This document shows, one piece after another, positions 57,797-64,000 of a DNA stretch of 64,000 bases. The position numbers and the translations under genes are program-made. The notes beneath the pieces were generated by a model. That model was not told the origin of the DNA. It searched no databases and saw only the letters and a program-made list of their open reading frames with translations. Positions within the stretch are counted from its first letter, which is position 1. The number at the start of each line of letters is the position of its first letter. The stretch comes from a virus, in IMG/VR virus record IMGVR_UViG_3300046744_000381, positions 1 through 64,000 of that record; one strand, given 5' to 3'.

Positions 57797-58878
57797 TTAT
57801 TATTTCCATAATCTAGCCAAGGATTAAAATTATAGGCTTTTTCTATAGGAGGATCATCTGGATGAACCAATACATAAACACTAGGATTTTCATCTACTAT
57901 CCAGCCTCCGTGTTTTTTTACATAATACTGTACTAACAAACTATAACTTCCGTCAGTTAAATCTGTGTTTGATTTATAAGAATTACTACTAAATTTAATC
58001 TTGTTGCCGTACCGTAAAATATGCACCGCCATATTTTCGGCTTGCTTTTCTCTTGCTAGTGCTATGCCACCAAATAAATCATAACCTAAATTTAAATCTT
58101 CAGATAATTTACGCAATGCTATATTATCTCTCGGATGACAAGGACCACCGTCTCCCATACCGGCCTTCATATAAGCATTACTCATAATTCTTTTAGTGCT
58201 GTTTGCTAGTGCATCTGTTACTACATCCACATTAATGTTTCCTTTTTTTACAGCCACATCCTGTATCATATTAACAATACCGAGTTTTGTGCTTATAAAG
58301 GTGTTATAAAATACTTTAATACATTCGCATTCGTCCCAAGTACCGGTAACTATACTACAATCGTTTTCTGTAATACTTTGGTAGAATTCTTCAAGCAACA
58401 CATCCGGCTCGCCATTTTCTGTGCCAATCATAATCATTTCTGGATTCAACATATCATTTGCGACTGTTCCCATAGCAATTAAATAAGGATTATAACTTAA
58501 ATTGGTATTTGTTACTAAAGGTGAAATTTGTTCACGCATAACACCAGGAAGCACTGTACTAATAACAACTAATCTTTGATTACGATTCATATGTTTATTG
58601 CATTCAATTACTGCTTCTTTAAGTTGAGTGTAATCAAAATCTTTTGCTGGCAGATGTGTAATAGGCAGACTGCCGTCATATTCGGATTGATGAGGTGTAG
58701 CAACTGAAATAAAAACTATTTCTGCGCCGGAAACAGCTCCTTGTATATTAGGCCATAGCGTTATATGCTTGCTATGTTTTTTTATTTTATCGTATCCGTT
58801 AATACAATGACCTTTTTGAGCTGCTGCTTCTGCGCAAGGCATTCCTAACTTTCCTAATCCTATAAAACTAACGTTCAT
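57793..58878 (-). CDS. UDP-glucose/GDP-mannose dehydrogenase family
   Basis: GLGKLG, SVATP, STVLPG, KVFYNTFISTK and GDGGPCHPRD. Confidence 0.9.
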   Translation of the reverse strand: MNVSFIGLGKLGMPCAEAAAQKGHCINGYDKIKKHSKHITLWPNIQGAVSGAEIVFISVATPHQSEYDGSLPITHLPAKDFDYTQLKEAVIECNKHMNRNQRLVVISTVLPGVMREQISPLVTNTNLSYNPYLIAMGTVANDMLNPEMIMIGTENGEPDVLLEEFYQSITENDCSIVTGTWDECECIKVFYNTFISTKLGIVNMIQDVAVKKGNINVDVVTDALANSTKRIMSNAYMKAGMGDGGPCHPRDNIALRKLSEDLNLGYDLFGGIALAREKQAENMAVHILRYGNKIKFSSNSYKSNTDLTDGSYSLLVQYYVKKHGGWIVDENPSVYVLVHPDDPPIEKAYNFNPWLDYGNNK

Positions 58879-59957
58879 TAAACTGCTCCATTGGTAATTA
58901 AATTAAAATTATCGTACGTGGCATTTTTATTGTAAAGAACATTATATAACTCGAAATTATGTTTTACACGTTCAGCCATTTGATTTCTAATTTTAATTAA
59001 ATGTTTTTCGTCGTATGTAGAAAATCTTTTTAAATTATCAACTATAATTTGTATCCTTGTTTGTAACGGCAAATCAAAATCATACGACTCGTCAATCCAA
59101 GGAGCAAATGTATAGTAACCTAAATCTCGCATCCTATCCAGTGTTCCAGGGCATCCTAAATTGATAAAGGGCATTCCTATTGCAGGAGCTTTAAAAGATT
59201 TTTCTGTAAGAAACATTTTATTATTATCAACCCAAGTTTCTGTATTTAGAAATAAAAAACTATATTTGCATTGTTTTGGAAATTTATAAACAGGATTCAC
59301 ATTTTTTAGATCCGGTTCATCTAAAATGTCGAATTTAAAATTTTTAAAATTTGTTTCAGGATGTTGTTCATAATATTGATACATTTGTTCATAAGCATCA
59401 GCAAAAGTAGTATATCCATATTTTGCTAGATTGTTTTCAAAAATCTTTTCTATAAGTGATGCTCTATGATATCTATAGGCTCTATTTAAATTCATATATA
59501 TTTTTTTTGGTTTATACTTTACTACATTTTTTACTGGCTCTAAAAATTTATAAAATATAGGATTAGTAATATGAATTATGTTCGGGTCGTTTGTTTTACA
59601 TTTTTCTGGGGAAACAATATAAATTTTTGATTGAATAAATTTGCTTATGCGTTTTACAGTTTCAATTAATGTTTTATTTGATTCTAGTAAATCGCATATT
59701 ACAATTTTATTTTTTTCTTTCTCTAAAAAATCTTTATGTCTATTTAAAAATCCAATGATTTCAAATTCCCATTTATCAATGTATATCTGGTCTTCGCTGT
59801 TTATATAAAAAATAGGAATAATTTTTGGATAATCATCATCACGTTTTGTATAAACGATTTCTGTATTAGCTTCCTTCAAGTAATCATCTGTAAAATCTAG
59901 TTGAGCATATCTTGTTTGGTCTTCGTCAAACAATAAAATAATATTTTTATCTTTCAT
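58878..59957 (-). CDS. putative glycosyltransferase (GT10-like C-terminus)
   Basis: LNRAYRYHR and ET...FLTEKSFK...PFINLG...LGYYTF..WIDESYD. Confidence 0.55.
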   Translation of the reverse strand: MKDKNIILLFDEDQTRYAQLDFTDDYLKEANTEIVYTKRDDDYPKIIPIFYINSEDQIYIDKWEFEIIGFLNRHKDFLEKEKNKIVICDLLESNKTLIETVKRISKFIQSKIYIVSPEKCKTNDPNIIHITNPIFYKFLEPVKNVVKYKPKKIYMNLNRAYRYHRASLIEKIFENNLAKYGYTTFADAYEQMYQYYEQHPETNFKNFKFDILDEPDLKNVNPVYKFPKQCKYSFLFLNTETWVDNNKMFLTEKSFKAPAIGMPFINLGCPGTLDRMRDLGYYTFAPWIDESYDFDLPLQTRIQIIVDNLKRFSTYDEKHLIKIRNQMAERVKHNFELYNVLYNKNATYDNFNLITNGAV

Positions 59958-60171
59958 AAATTAATTTTATATCCTTACCGGGGCCAACTTTACTTGGTAA
60001 ATCTCCATATTGTTCAATATACCATTCTATTACAGCTATGTACCATTTTTGACTATTGTGATGCGCTTTTTTATTAAACTGCCAAATATTATCATTTGTT
60101 GCTTGCATAGTACTCAAAGCTCTAGCACTTTCTTTCTGCATTTCTCTTAATGTCAAATTACTTAAATCCAA
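59947..60171 (-). CDS. hypothetical protein
   Basis: 74 aa, coupled to neighbours. Confidence 0.7.
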   Translation of the reverse strand: MDLSNLTLREMQKESARALSTMQATNDNIWQFNKKAHHNSQKWYIAVIEWYIEQYGDLPSKVGPGKDIKLIYER

Positions 60172-61204
60172 TTTTCATAAACCTTTTGTACTTTGGCAAT
60201 TCTAATTCGCCTTCATATAACACAGTTGTCATTGGTAACTTATCACTAAACTCTTTTAAATCCTTGCTGCAATTGACGTGTTCTTCAATCTCAAAATAAT
60301 CGTTTCCTTGTACAACAATTAATTTGCCATCTGGTATTCTATTGTACCATTCTGTAAAATTATGTATATGTTCGGAACTTGTATTGATTATAGTATCCGG
60401 CGTGTCCCATAATAATTCTTCTTCACCGTTTGATTTATAAACACGATAAACGTGATCGTCATTGAAGTTTATATCGTGTATATCTTGAACACTTGCTTTA
60501 AATTTCCAATCATCCACTACCCATTTTTTATTAAATATTTCTGCAATAGTAGGACAACTATTATCAACATCAAAACTTCTAATTTTTATAACATCTAAAT
60601 TGTTTTCAAACATCATTGTTGCAAGTGTTCCATACCAGCCTGCACACAAAAAAACTGTTCCTAAACTCATACTTGTTTTTTTAAGTTCGTCTATTAACCA
60701 TAACTTACTTTCAAGTTGTCCTCTACTAAAGCAATCTTCGTCAAACTTAATTTCTTTTTCCAGCAATGTTTTAAAAGCATATACAAACTGACTATTAGTA
60801 TAGTGTTCTAATAATCTCCATAAATCATAATAGTTGTCATTTAACACTAATCCTTTTAAATCTTTGCTTTTTAAAATCCTAAATATACTGTGTATATTTT
60901 TGTCAAGTACAGCTTTACGTAAATCTTCAGTGCCAGGTAATAATCTAAATAAGCTATGCAAGTTTTCTTCAAGTACCGCTTTACGTAAATCTTCAGTTTC
61001 TCCAATTATGCGTTTATTATCAATTACACGAAATATACTATGCCAATTTTCTTCCATTACAGCTTTGCGCAAATCTTCATTACAATCCGATAATTTAAAT
61101 ATGCTTGTTAAATCTTGATCAATATATGCTCTGCGGAGATCTGAAAGACGCTCATCGTGTTTGTACAATAGCTCAAATCTGTCTAGTAACTTATAAATTT
61201 CCAT
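60158..61204 (-). CDS. class I SAM-dependent methyltransferase-like protein with N-terminal helical repeats
   Basis: LCAGWYG, SFDVD, INTSSEH and QGNDY. EDLRKAV repeats. Confidence 0.65.
   Translation of the reverse strand: MEIYKLLDRFELLYKHDERLSDLRRAYIDQDLTSIFKLSDCNEDLRKAVMEENWHSIFRVIDNKRIIGETEDLRKAVLEENLHSLFRLLPGTEDLRKAVLDKNIHSIFRILKSKDLKGLVLNDNYYDLWRLLEHYTNSQFVYAFKTLLEKEIKFDEDCFSRGQLESKLWLIDELKKTSMSLGTVFLCAGWYGTLATMMFENNLDVIKIRSFDVDNSCPTIAEIFNKKWVVDDWKFKASVQDIHDINFNDDHVYRVYKSNGEEELLWDTPDTIINTSSEHIHNFTEWYNRIPDGKLIVVQGNDYFEIEEHVNCSKDLKEFSDKLPMTTVLYEGELELPKYKRFMKIGFK
60904..61080 (-). repeat. three intragenic repeats encoding EDLRKAV...HSxFR
   Basis: Near-identical caagtac-gctttacgtaaatcttcagt at 60904 and 60970, with a third copy near 61061. 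Confidence 0.85.
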
Positions 61205-62831
61205 TAAACTTTTCTCTTAACCAGTCAAAGTCGTTTATCATTTTCAGTAATTCAATATTTCCTTTGTTAGCACTTCCGTACATTGTACCTTCTTTTGCAC
61301 CTTTTATTGCAAAATCTCCAAATGGTTTATCACGCCCAATTGATGACCAAATTTTAAGACGTCTATCAGTTTCAACATCTTTTTGTCTATCAATTACTTT
61401 ACTACTTAGCTTACAACATTCTCTAAAGGCACTTTTCCAAGTTTCGAATTCTCCTGTATTAAACGCAGTAATATTAGATACTTGTTGTATTGCTCTAAAT
61501 TTAGAACTAATGCTTGTTGTCATATCTGGCTTACTAGTATCCATATCAATTGTTGCTTGCCTTGGGAATAATTTTACTCCGCCGTATCCATACACTAGCC
61601 CGTTAATGGGATTTCTACTACGCCAAACGTGAACGTGATCCCATTGCCAAACAGGAACTTGATAATTAAAATCAAAATCTTCAATTATATTAGCATCACC
61701 GTCTACGATATAAAACATTGATGTTGTACACTGCTTTGCAGCTTCTATGTGTGCTTGGTGTATGCCTTTGACACCGTGTACACGCTTTGCATTAGGAACC
61801 TTTTCTTTGAGAAGACTATAATTTTCATCAGCATTTGGTTCTTGATAACTTATGAATACAACGTCATACGGCTTAGGATTACTAATTACTTTATTATGTT
61901 CTTTTTTATTTGCTATGAACATAAATTGCCATTCTCTTTGACTAATTTTACAATGTTTACTACATAATACAACACCGTCGTGATATTCACCATTAAGATA
62001 TACGTGATTAATTTTCCTATCATATTCATTATCAAATGTAAAATATTCATCAAAAGTATAATCATCAACTAATTCAATATGGGCAGGAACTACATAAAAC
62101 AGTTCTGTTTCTGATTTTTCTAATGCTTGTAAATAATCTTCATAACTGTCAACAAAATAAATTTCATATTTTGCAGGACCTGAACCTGTTTGGCTCCATT
62201 CTTTACGTGCTACAGGAAATCTGTAATCAACTTCTTTTTTTGTTAAAGGCCGATTTTTACTACATAAAAATAAACCATTATATAATTTTTTGTCGTTTAC
62301 TTGATGCACAAATGCGTGATTCTGTTGTCGTAAATCTGACTTATGATGTGTTATGTAAAAGTCTTTAACTAGATTAGTGGCTTGTATATTTTTACTACTC
62401 ATCCAAAACATTTGTGTTTTAGACTTTTCTAATGCAACACTATATTCTTCATAACTATCTATTTCAAAATAATCAAATGACTTTGGTGTACTTGCAGTAA
62501 TTTCAACAAATTTTTTATTAATAAAAAATCTATAATCAATTTCTTTTTGTGAAATTTTTGATGTTTTTGGTACAAGACTTATGCCATCGTAATCATCGCC
62601 GTTTAAAAACATATGCACATATTTTTGACTCCATTCGTCAGGTTCATAATCAAAATGAAAGTCATCATTTATAACCAAGTCAGGATACACTATCCAAAAG
62701 AAGTTAGTAATACAACTTGCCTGTGCTTGTTCTATTGTTTCAGCACATTTAAGGGTCGGTATCTTAGATTTTAGAGCTTTTAACTCAGCTTGATACAAAT
62801 TTTTGTTTGCAATTAGATAAACATCGTACAT
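61191..62831 (-). CDS. GT-A glycosyltransferase-like protein with tandem degenerate domains
   Basis: C-terminal YDVVFISY...GVKGIHQAH...FYIVDGDA, preceded by three related upstream units. Confidence 0.65.
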   Translation of the reverse strand: MYDVYLIANKNLYQAELKALKSKIPTLKCAETIEQAQASCITNFFWIVYPDLVINDDFHFDYEPDEWSQKYVHMFLNGDDYDGISLVPKTSKISQKEIDYRFFINKKFVEITASTPKSFDYFEIDSYEEYSVALEKSKTQMFWMSSKNIQATNLVKDFYITHHKSDLRQQNHAFVHQVNDKKLYNGLFLCSKNRPLTKKEVDYRFPVARKEWSQTGSGPAKYEIYFVDSYEDYLQALEKSETELFYVVPAHIELVDDYTFDEYFTFDNEYDRKINHVYLNGEYHDGVVLCSKHCKISQREWQFMFIANKKEHNKVISNPKPYDVVFISYQEPNADENYSLLKEKVPNAKRVHGVKGIHQAHIEAAKQCTTSMFYIVDGDANIIEDFDFNYQVPVWQWDHVHVWRSRNPINGLVYGYGGVKLFPRQATIDMDTSKPDMTTSISSKFRAIQQVSNITAFNTGEFETWKSAFRECCKLSSKVIDRQKDVETDRRLKIWSSIGRDKPFGDFAIKGAKEGTMYGSANKGNIELLKMINDFDWLREKFNGNL

Positions 62832-62837
62832 ACATTA

Positions 62838-62866
62838 ATTATACTAAGAAAAACTAATCTTGTCAA
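62838..62866 (-). promoter_or_regulatory. consensus sigma70 promoter, leaderless
   Basis: Minus strand reads TTGACA-17-TATAAT-6 nt-ATG. Confidence 0.8.
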
Positions 62867-62897
62867 CATTAGAATAAATACATTGTAGGAGAAAAGT

Positions 62898-64000
62898 ATG
62901 ACTGATTTTATACCCGGAGATTCGTATCGAATTGATATTGTAGGTGCTGATAGCACATTAATTATTGATAGCTGGCTAAGCCAAATTAAAGCAAATGTTG
63001 TTAACAGAGATGGCGTTATTCAAGTTGATACAACATTTGGTAAGCTATACGGTCCTATGGTAGGAAATGTTGAGAATGAAGAAGGTGATGTACTAGTAAA
63101 TGCTAGTAGTCGTACAGTTCATATGGATGTTGTCGGTAATTTAAAAGATTCTAACAATAACGTTGTAGTAGATGTACAACGGAGTTTGTTAAAAGGAAAT
63201 TTTGAAGGTAATTTAGTTAACACTAACGGCGATATGATTTACGATGCGTCAACAAATACGTTGGTTGTAGATAGAATAGTAGGAGATTTATATGGAACTC
63301 ATCACGGAGAAGTTGAGTTAGTAGGATCTATTAGCGGAACAGTTAATGGCAATCTAATCGGATCAAGTAATGGTACACACTCGGGCGAAGTAATGGGTAA
63401 TGTAACAGGTGATCTACGTGGTGATGTAGTTGACGGCGAAGGCAACATTATGCTTAATGGCTCCAACGGTACTTTAAATGGAAATTTAAAAGGTGGTATA
63501 TTAACTCCAGACACAGATGAACACGTATTAACGTGGAATTCTACACTAAGACATCACGTTATTAGAGCAGGATTAGAACATCCTGATTCGCACAAATCTG
63601 TTTTAAAATTAGGCAATACTGACAGAGAAACTATGTATACAGGAAACATAAATTGGTATGATGATTCTCCTGTACTTACATTGCTAGATTATGATGGTAC
63701 AGATAAACCAAGTATACTTGCAGAATTTAATGGTTGTGTAATGGGCCAAGTAATTGATGAAAATAGAGCACCAGTGCTGACTGTAAATGAAGGACAAGTT
63801 AGACTCGAAGGCGGTTCGACAGGTGAAATCAATATTGGTTACAACAGCACAGAAACAATACAAGTATATGCTGACAATATAAGTTATAAACTTCAATCAA
63901 ACCCGGTTAACACTTCTAATTTAGGACAAGTAAATTATTTTGCTTTCAACGGTGACCACGAAAATATGCTTCCACTTAATCCTGGAGATCATTTGATGGT
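62898..64000 (+). CDS. fibre-like virion protein, 3' truncated (not in ORF track)
   Basis: ATAAATA, then AGGAG, then MTDFIPGDSYRIDIVGADSTLIIDS... with GNVTGDLRGDV-type repeats. Appears to stay open to the window end. Confidence 0.7.
   Translation, partial: MTDFIPGDSYRIDIVGADSTLIIDSWLSQIKANVVNRDGVIQVDTTFGKLYGPMVGNVENEEGDVLVNASSRTVHMDVVGNLKDSNNNVVVDVQRSLLKGNFEGNLVNTNGDMIYDASTNTLVVDRIVGDLYGTHHGEVELVGSISGTVNGNLIGSSNGTHSGEVMGNVTGDLRGDVVDGEGNIMLNGSNGTLNGNLKGGILTPDTDEHVLTWNSTLRHHVIRAGLEHPDSHKSVLKLGNTDRETMYTGNINWYDDSPVLTLLDYDGTDKPSILAEFNGCVMGQVIDENRAPVLTVNEGQVRLEGGSTGEINIGYNSTETIQVYADNISYKLQSNPVNTSNLGQVNYFAFNGDHENMLPLNPGDHLM

Noticed and set aside
60904-61080. CRISPR-like or DGR-like repeats
   Set aside because: In-frame coding repeats, with no cas or reverse transcriptase gene and no adenine-specific variation.
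29574-62831. Classical RiPP cluster
   Set aside because: No short precursor ORF, RRE/PqqD domain or exporter was seen, and intergenic gaps are too small. A precursor elsewhere cannot be excluded.
181-63896. Many antisense or nested ORFs in the track (e.g. 181..840, 3825..4103, 26236..26862, 61105..61632)
   Set aside because: They are shadows of well-supported genes on the other strand or frame, with no motifs or RBS.
1-64000. Stop-codon reassignment, tRNA genes or prophage/mobile-element boundaries
   Set aside because: Genes are intact in the standard code and end in TAA, TAG or TGA. No cloverleaf, integrase, transposase or host housekeeping genes were seen.

Overview
This is a gene-dense, AT-rich segment of a large lytic dsDNA bacteriophage, distantly T4-like and probably aquatic. 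No rRNA, tRNA, CRISPR array or integrase was seen. It has three zones. (1) 1-20.6 kb, + strand: a replication and DNA-modification block. It holds a family B DNA polymerase, a probable clamp, an RNase H-like nuclease and an MBD4-like glycosylase. It also holds a 7-deazaguanine module (TGT/DpdA-like, DpdL-like T-fold, FolE, atypical QueE, PRTase) interleaved with a GT-B glycosyltransferase, GalE and other sugar-nucleotide enzymes. (2) 20.6-29.5 kb: genes behind near-consensus sigma70 promoters (HTH, MoxR ATPase and VWA/HEXXH partner), then a fibre-like virion protein and an S8 protease-cupredoxin fusion. (3) 29.5-62.8 kb: a ~33 kb, mostly minus-strand island of tailoring enzymes bracketed by two related fibre-like genes. 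It encodes 9 radical SAM proteins, ~9 2OG-Fe(II) oxygenases, 2 nitroreductase-like, 3 SDR-like and 2 PLP enzymes, plus SET, desaturase, PP-loop, sulfotransferase-like, glycosyl- and methyltransferase genes. The best candidates for new biology are a glycosylated 7-deazaguanine DNA hypermodification and a late-expressed virion-decoration pathway. Non-coding signals are an apparent total absence of CATG, many leaderless genes, a TAAATA late-promoter motif and a compact structured folE leader. All product calls come from motif recognition by eye; no database search was run.
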